Assembly (NCBI GenBank): GCA_966111775.1 | Contig: CBHWBD010000003.1 | Span: 2,300-66,299 of the forward strand | Reading direction: 5' to 3' | Source of the DNA: an uncultured Comamonadaceae bacterium | Lineage (GTDB): Bacteria > Pseudomonadota > Gammaproteobacteria > Burkholderiales > Burkholderiaceae_C | DNA length: 64,000 nucleotides | Part shown: piece after piece, positions 37,068-47,456 of the stretch | Layout of the letters: every line of letters begins with the position of its first letter | How positions within the stretch are numbered: position 1 is the first letter of the stretch | The notes under the pieces: model-generated | What the model saw: the letters and a program-made list of their open reading frames with translations, nothing else | Database searches by the model: none | Told to the model about the DNA's origin: nothing | Program-made: the position numbers and the translations under genes

Positions 37068-37111
37068 GGCGCGCTCAGTCTAGGGCCGTCACCCTGCGTG
37101 CGCCGCGAAGC

Positions 37112-37831
37112 TCAACCCCGTGTGGCGGCAAGCATCTCGTGCACGTCGTGGCACATCACCGCGAGGTAGGCGGCGAGCACGAGGTAGTAGGTCGCGTATT
37201 CCCACTTCACCGAGGCGGGCACGGCGTAATAGGTCTGGGCCTCGACGCTGTCGCTGCGGTGCTTCCAGGCCTTGACGAGCTGGGGCCAGGCCAGCACGGC
37301 CATCAGGATCAGCATGGGGCTGGGTCGCCAGAAGAACAGCGCCACCAGGGCCGGCGCGCCCAGCAGCCAGATGCGCGGCGACAGCACGGCCGTGATGCGG
37401 CCGCCATCGAAGGGCGAGATGGGGATCAGGTTGAACAGGTTCAGGAAGAAGCCGCTGTAGGACACGGCCAGCAGCCAGTCGGCGTCCCAGCTGCGCGCCA
37501 TCAGATAGGCGATGGTCGCGCCCACCGTGCCCAGCATGGGGCCGGCGAGGCCGACGAAGGCCTCCGTCTGCGCATCGTGCGGCATGTCCTTGAGCTCGAC
37601 CCAGGCACCGACGAAGGGAATGAAGGTCGGCGCACCGACGTTCAGGCCCTTGTAGCGCGCCGCGATGAAGTGGCCCATCTCGTGCACGAAGAGCAACGCG
37701 ATGAAGCCGGCCGCGTAGCGCCAGCCATAGATCCAGGCGTAGATGACCAGCGAGACCAGCATGGTCCCGCCGGTGGTCAGCAGCTTGCCGAACTTGGCGC
37801 CCGACAGCAGCAATGCAAGCAGCTTGAGCAT
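37112..37831 (-). CDS. Site-2 (M50) membrane metalloprotease
   Basis: HEMGH, AGP, FNLIPISPFDGG. Confidence 0.92.
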   Translation of the reverse strand: MLKLLALLLSGAKFGKLLTTGGTMLVSLVIYAWIYGWRYAAGFIALLFVHEMGHFIAARYKGLNVGAPTFIPFVGAWVELKDMPHDAQTEAFVGLAGPMLGTVGATIAYLMARSWDADWLLAVSYSGFFLNLFNLIPISPFDGGRITAVLSPRIWLLGAPALVALFFWRPSPMLILMAVLAWPQLVKAWKHRSDSVEAQTYYAVPASVKWEYATYYLVLAAYLAVMCHDVHEMLAATRG

Positions 37832-38709
37832 CAGGCCGTCTTGTCGCGCTTGAAGAACTTGGTGATGGCCGCGCCAAAGCCAACGACAGCGATGAAGATG
37901 ATCTTCGCGAACTTGGCGACGAAGGCGAAGATGACGGCCAGCAGGCCGAGCTTCTTGGCGCCGACGCCGACGACCAGGGCCGCCAGGCCGTATTCGGCGA
38001 CATGGTCGGTGGAGGAATCGAAGTCCTCGTAGCGCTTGCCCTTGTCGAACTCCAGCGCCCCCAGCAGGGCCTTGGCATCGGGCTTCTGGGCCGGCAGGTC
38101 CTTCAGGTCGGTGATGAAGTTCAGGCTCAGATAGCCCTCGCGGCCCAGGGCGTAGGTGTTGTAGTTGACGCCCAGATTGGCGTCAGCCGGCGCGCCCTTT
38201 TCCTTGGAGCTCATGGCCCAGACCAGGCGGTGCTGGGTGGCCTCATAGGCCGGCGGCTCGGCCCAGCCGGTGATCTCGAGGGCCGCCACGCCCATCTTCT
38301 TGCGCTCCTCGTTGCTGGCCTCGGTGCCTTCCTTGTAGCTGGACAGCAGCTCGTCGGCCTTCCACTCCTTGGCGTCGCCGTCCTTCACATAGCCGGAGGC
38401 GATGTAGCGCAGCGTGGCGAACCATTCGCCCTCGCCCTTGGGGAAGATCAGCCCGGCCAGTTCGGTGTGCTGGCCCGGGTTGCCCATCGCGGTCAGCAGC
38501 TTGCCGGCCTGGGGCTGGGGGATGAAGACGCGGTCGGCCGGCAGATGCAGCGTGGCCTGGCCGGCAATCGCGACGTCGGCGGGGCCGGCCTTGGCGACGG
38601 CCTTGGCCTCGGTCCAGGCCGGGTTCTCGGCCGGCGCGTCGGCGGCATGGGCGGCCAGGCCCATGCAGACGGCCAGGGCGGCCAGCAGGCCACGCAAGCT
38701 CTTGTTCAT
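37831..38709 (-). CDS. DUF2167 membrane-anchored protein
   Basis: GYVKD, GWAEPP.Y, NYNTYALGREG, G.RYEDF...D.VAEYGLAALV. Confidence 0.88.
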   Translation of the reverse strand: MNKSLRGLLAALAVCMGLAAHAADAPAENPAWTEAKAVAKAGPADVAIAGQATLHLPADRVFIPQPQAGKLLTAMGNPGQHTELAGLIFPKGEGEWFATLRYIASGYVKDGDAKEWKADELLSSYKEGTEASNEERKKMGVAALEITGWAEPPAYEATQHRLVWAMSSKEKGAPADANLGVNYNTYALGREGYLSLNFITDLKDLPAQKPDAKALLGALEFDKGKRYEDFDSSTDHVAEYGLAALVVGVGAKKLGLLAVIFAFVAKFAKIIFIAVVGFGAAITKFFKRDKTA

Positions 38710-38847
38710 CTGATCTCCCTAGAAAAAGGGCCGCAGTCTAGGCGGCGTCGCGGGTCGCCCCGTTCAGGGAATGCCCCCCAAGGGGAGGATTCACCCAGGG
38801 CCGCCGGGCGCGCGGCTCACAATCCTCGCCATCCAACAGGGGCTGGA

Positions 38848-39354
38848 ATGAAAGCGATCCACAAGCTGCGTACACCACTCACCGCGGCAGCCTGCGTCCT
38901 GCTGATGCTGCTGGGCAGCGGCTGCTCGACACCCAAGGTGGTCGTGTCGCCGCCGCTGCGCTGCGATGCGCCCGACAGCGGTTGCGTCAACGATCTGATG
39001 CTGGCGCTGGAGGACTGGAAGGATGCCTACAACGCCCGCGACCCGCGCCGGCTGCAGCAGCTCTATGCGCCGGGTGCCCTGATCACCGACGACGAGTACA
39101 CGGCCGTGCCGCTGGATGGCGTGGCGCTGCCGGTGTTCTTCGACCAGATGGCACAGCGGCCCACGGCCCGCATGCGCTGGATGATCGGCAACCTGCAGTT
39201 CTTCGGCGACACGGCGGTGCGCTCGGGCGAATACGAGTTCACCGAGCAGGTCGGTGGTGAAACGAAGGAAAGACCGGCCCGCTACAGCTTCGCCTACCAA
39301 CGCATCGAGGGCCGCTGGCTGATCGTGCTGCAGCACTCGACATTGAGGCCCTGA
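38848..39354 (+). CDS. NTF2-like (DUF4440/SgcJ-like) lipoprotein
   Basis: Lipobox LGSGC; LYAPGA; RYSFAY; WLIVLQHS. Confidence 0.75.
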   Translation: MKAIHKLRTPLTAAACVLLMLLGSGCSTPKVVVSPPLRCDAPDSGCVNDLMLALEDWKDAYNARDPRRLQQLYAPGALITDDEYTAVPLDGVALPVFFDQMAQRPTARMRWMIGNLQFFGDTAVRSGEYEFTEQVGGETKERPARYSFAYQRIEGRWLIVLQHSTLRP

Positions 39355-39360
39355 ATGAAC

Positions 39361-39391
39361 AAAGCCCCGCGGGACGAGCCAGCGGGGCTTC
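39361..39391. terminator. Bidirectional terminator between convergent genes
   Basis: AAGCCCCGC...GCGGGGCTT. Confidence 0.7.
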
Positions 39392-39409
39392 TCAAGGGCG
39401 TGAGCGCGA

Positions 39410-42400
39410 TCAGACCTTGGCGATCAGCGCATCCCACTTGGCCTTGGCGGCCTTCTCGTTGCGGGCCTTCACATGGCCGTAGCCGCGGATGTCTTCCGGC
39501 ACGCGGGCCAGCTCGACGGCAGTGGCGAGTGACTCGGCCGTCAAGCCGGCCAGGGCCTTGTCGACACCGGCGCGGTAGTCGGCAATCCAGCGGCGCTCCA
39601 TCTTGCGCTCCTCGGTGTGGCCGAAGATGTCGAAGGCCGTGCCGCGCAGGCCCTTCATCTTGGCCAACAGGCCGAAGGCCGGACGCACCCAGCCACCGAA
39701 GGGGCGCTTCACCAGCTCGCCCTTGTCGTTGGTCTTGGCCAGCAACGGCGGCGCGAGGTGGTGCACCAGTTTGTAGTCGCCCTCGAACATGCCGGCGATC
39801 TTGTTCGTGAACGCGGCGTCGGTGTGCAGGCGGGCCACCTCGTACTCGTCCTTGTAGGCCATCAGCTTGAACAGATAGCGGGCGACGGATTCGGTCAGCT
39901 TGGTGGTCGTGCCGAGCTTGGCTTCGGCCGCGCGCACCTTGTCGACGAAGGCCTTGTACTCGGCTGCGTAGGCGGCGTTCTGGTAGCCGGTCAGGAAGTC
40001 GACGCGCTTGGCGACGATCTCGTCGACGCTCTGGCGCTTGACCAGCTGGATGACGGCCTGGGCCGCGTACAGCGACTGCACGCTCTTCAGGTCATGCGCG
40101 CAGCGACGGCCCCACTCAAACGCGATCTTGTTGTTGTCGATCTGCACGCCGTTGAGTTCGATGGCGCGCATCAACGCGTCATAGCTCAGCGGGATGCGGC
40201 CCTGCTGCCAGGCATAGCCCAGCATCAGCGGGTTGGTGTAGAGGGAATCGCCCACCAGCTTGACGGCCACTTCCTCGGCGTCGAAGGAACCCAGGTGGTC
40301 ACGGCCCACCGCATTGCCCACGGCCTGCTCGCAGGCCGCGCCCGGGAAGCTCCAGTTCGCGTCGTTCACCAGCGTCGCCGTCGGCGAGCCATGCGTGTTC
40401 AGCGCGACATAGGTGCGGCCCTCGCGCATGACGGCCAGCGTCGCCTTGTTGGCGGCGACGATGGCATCGCAGGCGATGACGAGGTCGGCCTCGGCGGTGC
40501 CGACCTTGGTGCAGAAGATGGCCTCGGGCGTGTTGGCGATCTGGATGTGGCTCCAGGTCGCGCCGCCCTTCTGGGCCAAGCCCGCGGCGTCCTGGGTGAT
40601 GACGCCCTTGCCTTCCAGGTGGGCGGCCATGCCCAGCAGCTGGCCGATGGTGATGACCCCCGTGCCCCCCACGCCACCGACGACGATGCCCCAGGCTTCT
40701 TGAGCATTCGGGATCACCGGCAGCGGCAGCGGCGGCAGCGCCGTGTCGAAGGGGCTCTTGCGGCTTTCCTTCTTGGGCTTCTTCAGCTCGCCGCCCTCGA
40801 CGGTGACGAAGCTGGGGCAGAAACCCTTCACGCAGGAATAGTCCTTGTTGCAGGTGTTCTGGTTGATCTGGCGCTTGCGGCCGAAGTCGGTCTCCAGCGG
40901 TTCGACCGACAGGCAGTTGGACTGCACGGAGCAGTCGCCGCAGCCCTCGCAGACCAGCTCGTTGATGACGACGCGCTTGGCCGGGTCCACCATCTTGCCG
41001 CGCTTGCGGCGGCGGCGCTTTTCAGTCGCGCAGGTCTGGTCGTAGATGATGGCCGTCGTGCCTTCGATCTCGCGGAACTGGCGCTGGATGCTGTCCAGCT
41101 CGTCACGGTGGTGCACGGTGACGCCCGGCGCCAGGGCCACGCCCTCGTACTTGGCCGGCTCGTCGGTGACGATGACCAGCTTCTTGACGCCTTCCGAGAT
41201 CACGCTGTTCATGATCTGGATCACGGTGTGGCCCTCGGGGCGCTCGCCCACGGTCTGGCCACCGGTCATCGCAACGGCGTCGTTGTAGAGGATCTTGTAG
41301 GTGATGTTGACGCCCGAGGCGATGCTCTGACGGATGGCGAGGCTGCCGCTGTGGAAGTAGGTGCCGTCACCGAGGTTGGAGAAGATGTGCTTCTCGTTGG
41401 TGAAGGGCGCCTGGCCCGTCCAGGGCACGCCCTCGCCGCCCATCTGCGTGAAGGTGGCCGTGTTGCGACCGGGCATCCAGGTCACCATGTAGTGGCAGCC
41501 GATGCCGCCGACGGCGCGCGAGCCTTCCGGCACGCGGGTGCTGGTGTTGTGCGGGCAGCCCGAGCAGAACCAGGGCGTGCGGTCGGCGCCACCGGCCGTC
41601 TGGGTCTCGGCCTTCAGCGCGTTTTCCTTGGCGTCGATGATGGCAAGGCGCGCATCCAGGCGCGACACGATGTCGCTGTCCACGCCCAGCTTCTTCAGGC
41701 GCTTGGCGATGGCGCGGGCAATGATGGCCGGCGTCAGGTCGGCCTGGGGACGCAGCAGCCAGTGGTCGCTGGGGTTGGGCACGCTCCACTCGCCGCCCTC
41801 GCCGCTGTCGCCGGCGTCGAACTTGCCAAGCACATTCGGGCGCACGTCGGCGCGCCAGTTGTAGAGCTCTTCCTTGACCTGGTATTCAATGATCTGGCGC
41901 TTCTCTTCGACGACCAGGATCTCCTGCAGACCCTTGGCGAACTCGCGCGCCACCTGCGCCTCCAGCGGCCACACCACGTTGACCTTGTGCAGCCGGATGC
42001 CGATGCGGCGGCAGGTGTCTTCGTCCAGGCCGAGGTCGTGCAGGGCCTGGCGGGTGTCGTTGAAGGCCTTGCCGCTGGTGATGATGCCGAAGCGGTCGTT
42101 CTTGCCTTCGATGACGTTGTAGTTGAGGCGGTTGGCGCGGATGTAGGCCAGGGCCGCGTACCACTTGTAGTTCATCATCCGCGACTCTTGCTCGAGCGGC
42201 GGATCGGGCCAGCGGATGTGCAGGCCACCGGCCGGCATCTGGAAGTCCTCCGGCATGATGATGTTGACGCGGTCGGGATCGACGCTGACGCTGGCCGACG
42301 ACTCGACGATCTCCTGGATGGTCTTCATGCCGGCCCACAGGCCCGAGAAACGGCTCATCGCAAAGGCGTGCAGGCCCATGTCGAGGATGTCCTGCACGCT

Positions 42401-42955
42401 GCTCGGGAAGAAGGTCGGAAAGCCGACGGCCTTGAAGACGTGGTCGCTCTGGTGAGCCGCCGTCGAGCTCTTGGCGATGTGGTCGTCGCCGGCGATGGCG
42501 ATGACGCCGCCGTGCTTGGACGTGCCAGCCATGTTGGCGTGCTTGAAGACGTCGATGCAGCGGTCCACGCCCGGGCCCTTGCCGTACCAGAGGCCGAAGA
42601 CGCCATCGAACTTGGCCTTCTCGGGGAAGAGGTCCAGCTGCTGCGTGCCCCACACGGCCGTCGCGCCGAGTTCCTCGTTGACGCCCGGCTGGAAGACGAT
42701 GTTCTGCTTGGCCAGGTGCTTCTTGGCCGCCCACAGCGCCTGGTCATAGGTACCCAGCGGCGAGCCGCGGTAGCCGCTGATGAAGCCGGCGGTGTTCAGG
42801 CCGGCCATCGCGTCGCGCGTGCGTTGCAGCATGGGCAGGCGCACCAGGGCCTGCACGCCGCTCATGAAGGCACGGCCACTGTCTAGGGCGTACTTGTCGT
42901 CGAGCGAGACGGTTTGCAGCGCCTTCAGGATGTGTTCGGGCAGCGGGGCGTTCAT
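39410..42955 (-). CDS. Single-chain indolepyruvate:ferredoxin oxidoreductase family protein
   Basis: SGYRGSPLG, FCSGCPHN, GDGT, CEGCGDC, GGVGGTG, MAYKDEYEVAR, IRGYGHVK. Confidence 0.93.
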   Translation of the reverse strand: MNAPLPEHILKALQTVSLDDKYALDSGRAFMSGVQALVRLPMLQRTRDAMAGLNTAGFISGYRGSPLGTYDQALWAAKKHLAKQNIVFQPGVNEELGATAVWGTQQLDLFPEKAKFDGVFGLWYGKGPGVDRCIDVFKHANMAGTSKHGGVIAIAGDDHIAKSSTAAHQSDHVFKAVGFPTFFPSSVQDILDMGLHAFAMSRFSGLWAGMKTIQEIVESSASVSVDPDRVNIIMPEDFQMPAGGLHIRWPDPPLEQESRMMNYKWYAALAYIRANRLNYNVIEGKNDRFGIITSGKAFNDTRQALHDLGLDEDTCRRIGIRLHKVNVVWPLEAQVAREFAKGLQEILVVEEKRQIIEYQVKEELYNWRADVRPNVLGKFDAGDSGEGGEWSVPNPSDHWLLRPQADLTPAIIARAIAKRLKKLGVDSDIVSRLDARLAIIDAKENALKAETQTAGGADRTPWFCSGCPHNTSTRVPEGSRAVGGIGCHYMVTWMPGRNTATFTQMGGEGVPWTGQAPFTNEKHIFSNLGDGTYFHSGSLAIRQSIASGVNITYKILYNDAVAMTGGQTVGERPEGHTVIQIMNSVISEGVKKLVIVTDEPAKYEGVALAPGVTVHHRDELDSIQRQFREIEGTTAIIYDQTCATEKRRRRKRGKMVDPAKRVVINELVCEGCGDCSVQSNCLSVEPLETDFGRKRQINQNTCNKDYSCVKGFCPSFVTVEGGELKKPKKESRKSPFDTALPPLPLPVIPNAQEAWGIVVGGVGGTGVITIGQLLGMAAHLEGKGVITQDAAGLAQKGGATWSHIQIANTPEAIFCTKVGTAEADLVIACDAIVAANKATLAVMREGRTYVALNTHGSPTATLVNDANWSFPGAACEQAVGNAVGRDHLGSFDAEEVAVKLVGDSLYTNPLMLGYAWQQGRIPLSYDALMRAIELNGVQIDNNKIAFEWGRRCAHDLKSVQSLYAAQAVIQLVKRQSVDEIVAKRVDFLTGYQNAAYAAEYKAFVDKVRAAEAKLGTTTKLTESVARYLFKLMAYKDEYEVARLHTDAAFTNKIAGMFEGDYKLVHHLAPPLLAKTNDKGELVKRPFGGWVRPAFGLLAKMKGLRGTAFDIFGHTEERKMERRWIADYRAGVDKALAGLTAESLATAVELARVPEDIRGYGHVKARNEKAAKAKWDALIAKV

Positions 42956-43170
42956 CGGTGGGAGCTCCTGGATGGCGACCCGTTCGACCTGCCCTTGTGA
43001 GGCGGCCGCGCGGGCCATGGGCCAGTATGGCCGGACCGGGCAGTGTAGGGAAATGGTTGCGAGGAGTGCTTTCTCATTTGCGCTCGAAATCGAGTCGATT
43101 GGCAATTTCATTTCTCGAAGATGCAAAATTCGTTTGAATTGCATCGCCACTTCGCCGATCAGGGCAAACC

Positions 43171-43668
43171 ATGAGCACCGAAGAAGCCACCCCGGAAGCA
43201 CTGGACCGCCATCACATCGCCATCCTGGCCGAGCTGCAACGCGACGCCCGCCTGTCCAACGCCGAGCTGGCCCAGCGCATCGGCCTGTCGGCCGCCCCGA
43301 CCTGGCGGCGCGTCAAGTGGCTGGAGGACCAGGGCTATATCACCGGCTACCGCGCCGAGATCGACAGGCGCAAGCTGGGCCTCGGGGTGCTGGCCTTCGT
43401 GCGCGTGGACGCCGAGCGCAGTGCCGGTGCCGCCACCAAGCCGCTGGAAGACGCCATCCGCCGGCTGCCCGAGGTCATCGCCTGCCACTACATCTCGGGC
43501 GCCGGCACCTTCGAGCTGCAGGTCATGGCCACCGACCTCGATGCCTTCTCGCGCTTCTCCATCGACACGCTGTTGAATCTGCCCAATGTGAAGGACATCC
43601 ACACCAGCTTCTCGCTGGGCGAGGTCAAGGCCAGCGGCGTGCTGCCGCTGGGCCACCTCGGCGGGTAG
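43171..43668 (+). CDS. Lrp/AsnC regulator, divergent from IOR
   Basis: LQRDARLSNAELA..IGLS, GYITGY. Confidence 0.92.
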   Translation: MSTEEATPEALDRHHIAILAELQRDARLSNAELAQRIGLSAAPTWRRVKWLEDQGYITGYRAEIDRRKLGLGVLAFVRVDAERSAGAATKPLEDAIRRLPEVIACHYISGAGTFELQVMATDLDAFSRFSIDTLLNLPNVKDIHTSFSLGEVKASGVLPLGHLGG

Positions 43669-43696
43669 GAAAGGGCAACAGCGCCAGAATCGACGC

Positions 43697-45274
43697 ATGG
43701 GCCTGATCTACAAGATTGCCAGCGACGCCGCCGAATTCGAGGCGATCCACCAGCTCAACTACCGCACCTTCGTCGAGGAGATCCCGCAGCATCCGTCCAA
43801 CCCGCTGCGGCGCCTGGTGGACCGCTTCCACGACGAGAACACCTACGCGATTGCGCTGGAGGGCGACGAGCTCGTCGGCATGATCGCCGGCCGCGCGCGG
43901 CGGCCCTTCTCGCTGGACGGCAAGCTGTCCGACCTGGACGCCTACCTGCCCGAGCACCAGCGCGCCATGGAAGTGCGACTGCTGGCCGTGGCACCGGACT
44001 GGCGCAAGGCCGGCGTGTTCGCGCGGCTTGCGGGCGTGCTGGGCCGCGAGTTCCGTGACCAGGGCTGCGACCTGGCGTTGATCTCGGGCACGACGCGCGA
44101 ACTCAAGCTCTATGCCCATCTCGGCTTCCAGCCCTTCGGCCCGCGCGTGGGCAGCGGCGAGGCCGTCTACCAGCCGATGTGGCTGCGCCTGCCGGACTAT
44201 GCCGAGCGCGTCGCCCATCTGGAGCTGAGCGCCGGCGAGGAGGCGGCCTGCTTCCTGCCCGGGCCGGTGCCGCTGTCATCTGCCGTGCGCCGGGCCTGGA
44301 GCGGCGAGCCGGTGTCGCACCGCTCCATCGAACACAGGCGGCGCGTCGAACGCATTGCCGAGCGCCTTCGGCAGATGACCGGTTGCGCCGGCGCCCTGCT
44401 GCTGCCCGGCGGCGGCACCTTGGCGAACGATGCCGTTGCCGGGCAGATCCGCCAGCGCGGCGGCACCGGCCTGGTCATCAGCAACGGCGAATTCGGTGAA
44501 CGCCTGGCCGACCATGCGCGGCGCTGGCAGCTGCCCCACCAGACCCTGTCCCTGCCCTGGGGCGAAGCCATCGACGAACAGCACCTCGCCGCCACCCTGG
44601 CCGAACAGCGGCCGGCCTGGGTGTGGACCACCGTCTGCGAAACCTCGACGGGCGCGCGCAACGCCCCGGAGATGCTGAGCAAGGCCTGCGCTGAAGCCGG
44701 CGCGGCCCTCTGCCTGGACGCTGTCAGCGCGCTGGGCTTGCAGGAACTGGACTTGCACGGCGTCTGGCTGGCCAGCAGCGTCAGCGGCAAGGCCCTGGGC
44801 AGCCATCCCGGCCTGGCCCTGGTGCTGCACGACGGCGATCTGGCTTCGGGCGCCACGCTGCCGGCGGCCTTGGACCTGGGTGCCATCGCGCGGGCCGGCG
44901 GCGTGGCGTCCACGCAAAGCTCCAATGCGGTGGCCGCGCTGGAGGCGGCCTTGACCCTGGACTGGCCGGCGCATTGGCAGGCCACCCGCGAGGCGGACAG
45001 CCAGTTGCGCGACGCCTTCCGGGCCATGGGCCTGCCCGCCCTGGTGGCGCCATCGCAGGCCCAGCCCGGCGTCATCACGCTGGCCCTGCCGCCCGGCATC
45101 GATGCGCAGCGCCTGGGCCAGCGCCTGGGCCGCCTCGGTTGCCGCATCGCGCACCAGAGCGCCTACCTGCGCGAGCGCAACTGGGTGCAGGTCTGCCTGA
45201 TGGGCGCCTGGCGGTCCGCGGCCGTGGAGGTGCTGCCCGCGCTGCTGCGGCGCTGTGCCGGCTTGACGGACTAG
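43697..45274 (+). CDS. Fusion of a GNAT/acyl-synthase-like domain and a class V PLP enzyme
   Basis: N-terminal LVDRF, EVRLLAV..WRK.GVF, LYAHLGF; C-terminal PGPV, NGEFG, ETSTG, DAVS, SVSGK (PLP Lys). Confidence 0.82.
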   Translation: MGLIYKIASDAAEFEAIHQLNYRTFVEEIPQHPSNPLRRLVDRFHDENTYAIALEGDELVGMIAGRARRPFSLDGKLSDLDAYLPEHQRAMEVRLLAVAPDWRKAGVFARLAGVLGREFRDQGCDLALISGTTRELKLYAHLGFQPFGPRVGSGEAVYQPMWLRLPDYAERVAHLELSAGEEAACFLPGPVPLSSAVRRAWSGEPVSHRSIEHRRRVERIAERLRQMTGCAGALLLPGGGTLANDAVAGQIRQRGGTGLVISNGEFGERLADHARRWQLPHQTLSLPWGEAIDEQHLAATLAEQRPAWVWTTVCETSTGARNAPEMLSKACAEAGAALCLDAVSALGLQELDLHGVWLASSVSGKALGSHPGLALVLHDGDLASGATLPAALDLGAIARAGGVASTQSSNAVAALEAALTLDWPAHWQATREADSQLRDAFRAMGLPALVAPSQAQPGVITLALPPGIDAQRLGQRLGRLGCRIAHQSAYLRERNWVQVCLMGAWRSAAVEVLPALLRRCAGLTD

Positions 45275-45352
45275 CGTGAACAAGCACCGCCCCGGCTCGG
45301 CAAAGAGCAAGGCCTGACCCACCGCAGCGGAGCTGCCGGTTAGGCTTGCGGC

Positions 45353-46468
45353 ATGGCGCTGTCGCACCTTCGTCGGCTGGTCGACCTGTGGCTGGGCGTC
45401 GAGCCCGCCCAGCGCCTGCGCCTGCGCCAGACCTCGCTCGCCATGGCGTTGATGGGCCTGTGCGTCCCCATGCTGCATTACGCCGTCAGCGTCGCTCACG
45501 CAGAGCATGGCCTGCTGCTGTGGACCTGGACGGCCGTGTCGCTCGCCGGCATGGCGCTGATCTACGCGGCCATCCGCAGCGGCTGGTCGCTGCGCTTCGC
45601 CGACCCCTCGCTGACCCGGCTGCAGATCGGCTTCGCCATCGCCGCCGCGGCCTTCGGCTACGCCCAGGCCGGCCCGCTGCGTGGCGCCGTCTTCCCGGTG
45701 CTGACGCTGATCCTGATGTTCGGCATGTTCCAGCTGCGGGCCCGCGGCGCCTATGCCCTGGGCCTGTTCGCGCTGACGCTGTTCGGCCTCGTCATGGCCT
45801 TCATGGCGGGCCATCGGCCTGCTGACTATCCGCCCGCGATCGAGATCGGCCATTTCCTGATGCTGGCCATCATGCTGCCCGCCGTCGCCGTGCTGACGGC
45901 GCGACTGAGCCGCATCCGCCGCCGCCTGTCCCTGCAACGCGAAGAACTGGCACGCGCCCTGGCCCAACTGCAGGCCATCGCCACGCGCGACGAACTGACC
46001 GGCCTGCCCAACCGCCGCCAGATGCAGGCCCTGATGGACCAGGAGCTGCTTCGTTCGCTGCGCCACGGTCACGACTTCTGCATCGCCGTCGTCGACCTCG
46101 ACCACTTCAAGCGCGTCAACGACGAGTACGGGCATGCGGCCGGCGACGCCGTGCTGCGCGCCTTCGCCCAGGCCGGCCAGGCGGCCCTGCGCGCGACCGA
46201 CGTGCTGGCGCGCTGGGGCGGCGAGGAGTTCGTCGTGCTGCTGCCTGACACGGCCATGCCGCCGGCCCTGGGCGGCATGGAGAGGCTGCGCCAGCAGATC
46301 GAGGCCCTGTCCATCGACATCGGCGGCGATCGCACGCTGTCGATCACCGTCTCCATCGGCCTGACCGGCCATCACCGCGGCGAGGCCCTGGCCGACACGC
46401 TGGCACGCGCCGACCAGCGCCTCTACCAGGCCAAGGCTGCCGGACGCAACCGCATCGGCATCGACTGA
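45353..46468 (+). CDS. Membrane diguanylate cyclase
   Basis: About 6 TM segments, DELTGLPNRR, RATD..GGEEF. Confidence 0.9.
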   Translation: MALSHLRRLVDLWLGVEPAQRLRLRQTSLAMALMGLCVPMLHYAVSVAHAEHGLLLWTWTAVSLAGMALIYAAIRSGWSLRFADPSLTRLQIGFAIAAAAFGYAQAGPLRGAVFPVLTLILMFGMFQLRARGAYALGLFALTLFGLVMAFMAGHRPADYPPAIEIGHFLMLAIMLPAVAVLTARLSRIRRRLSLQREELARALAQLQAIATRDELTGLPNRRQMQALMDQELLRSLRHGHDFCIAVVDLDHFKRVNDEYGHAAGDAVLRAFAQAGQAALRATDVLARWGGEEFVVLLPDTAMPPALGGMERLRQQIEALSIDIGGDRTLSITVSIGLTGHHRGEALADTLARADQRLYQAKAAGRNRIGID

Positions 46469-46546
46469 CGCTGGTCAGCGCGCAGCGCGCAAACCAGGAA
46501 TCCCATGTGGATGATGGCAGTCGGCCGTTCTGCCTAGACTGCCGCC

Positions 46547-47446
46547 ATGCAAGCCGCCCTGCCCCTGCGCCATTTCCTGCTCGCCCTGGCCGTCGTCGCG
46601 ATCTGGGGAAGCAATTTCGTCGTCATCAAATACGCCCTGCACACGCTGCCGCCGATGACACTGGCCGCGCTGCGCTTCGGCTTCGCCTTCGTGCCGGCCT
46701 GCTTCTTCCTGCGCCGGCCGCAGGTGAACTGGCGCAACCTCGGCGGCTATGGCGTGCTGATCGGCGTGGGCCAGTTCGGCCTGCTGTATCTCGCCATGCG
46801 CAGCCAGATCTCGCCAGGCCTGGCCTCGCTGGTGGTGCAGACGCAGGTCTTCTTCACGCTGCTGCTGGCAGTCAGCCTGCGCGGCGAACGCGTGGCGGCG
46901 ACGACCTGGCTGGGCCTGGCCCTGGCAGCGGGCGGCGTCATCGTCATCGCCTCGCACACCGACGGGACGACGACTGCTCTGGGCCTGGCCATGGTGCTGG
47001 CGGCCGCGCTGTCCTGGGCCTGCGCCAACCTGCTGACCCAGCGCGCCGGCCGCATCGACATGCTGGCCTATGTGGTCTGGAGCAGCGCCTTCGCGGTGCC
47101 GCCGCTGATGGTGCTGGCCCTGCTGGTCGACGGGCCCGACCAGGTCGCGGCGGGCCTTGCCGCGTCGGGCGTCGGCACCTGGGCCGCGGTGCTGTGGCAG
47201 TCGATCGGCAATACGCTGTTCGGCTACGGCGTCTGGAGCTGGCTGCTGGCCCGCCACCCGGCCGGCCGCATCGTGCCCATGGCCCTGCTGGTGCCGGTGT
47301 TCGGCATGGGCTCGGCCAGCCTGCTGCTGGGCGAAGCGCTGCCGGGCTGGAAGCTGATCGCCGCGGCCCTGGTGATGGCCGGTCTGGCGATCAACCTGTT
47401 CGGACCGCGGCTTTTGCCGGCCAGCCCCAAGGCCGCACGGGAATAA
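46547..47446 (+). CDS. EamA-family exporter
   Basis: WGSNFVVIK, PGLASLVVQ, LLVPVFG. Confidence 0.9.
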   Translation: MQAALPLRHFLLALAVVAIWGSNFVVIKYALHTLPPMTLAALRFGFAFVPACFFLRRPQVNWRNLGGYGVLIGVGQFGLLYLAMRSQISPGLASLVVQTQVFFTLLLAVSLRGERVAATTWLGLALAAGGVIVIASHTDGTTTALGLAMVLAAALSWACANLLTQRAGRIDMLAYVVWSSAFAVPPLMVLALLVDGPDQVAAGLAASGVGTWAAVLWQSIGNTLFGYGVWSWLLARHPAGRIVPMALLVPVFGMGSASLLLGEALPGWKLIAAALVMAGLAINLFGPRLLPASPKAARE

Positions 47447-47456
47447 GCTGGTGCGC

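Noticed and set aside
39617-42886. Very long antisense ORF (1089 aa) and similar ones (466-2415, 9295-11286, 18505-20649, 24326-26371, 56823-59018)
   Set aside because: Shadow ORFs expected opposite genes with high GC3; no recognisable motifs.
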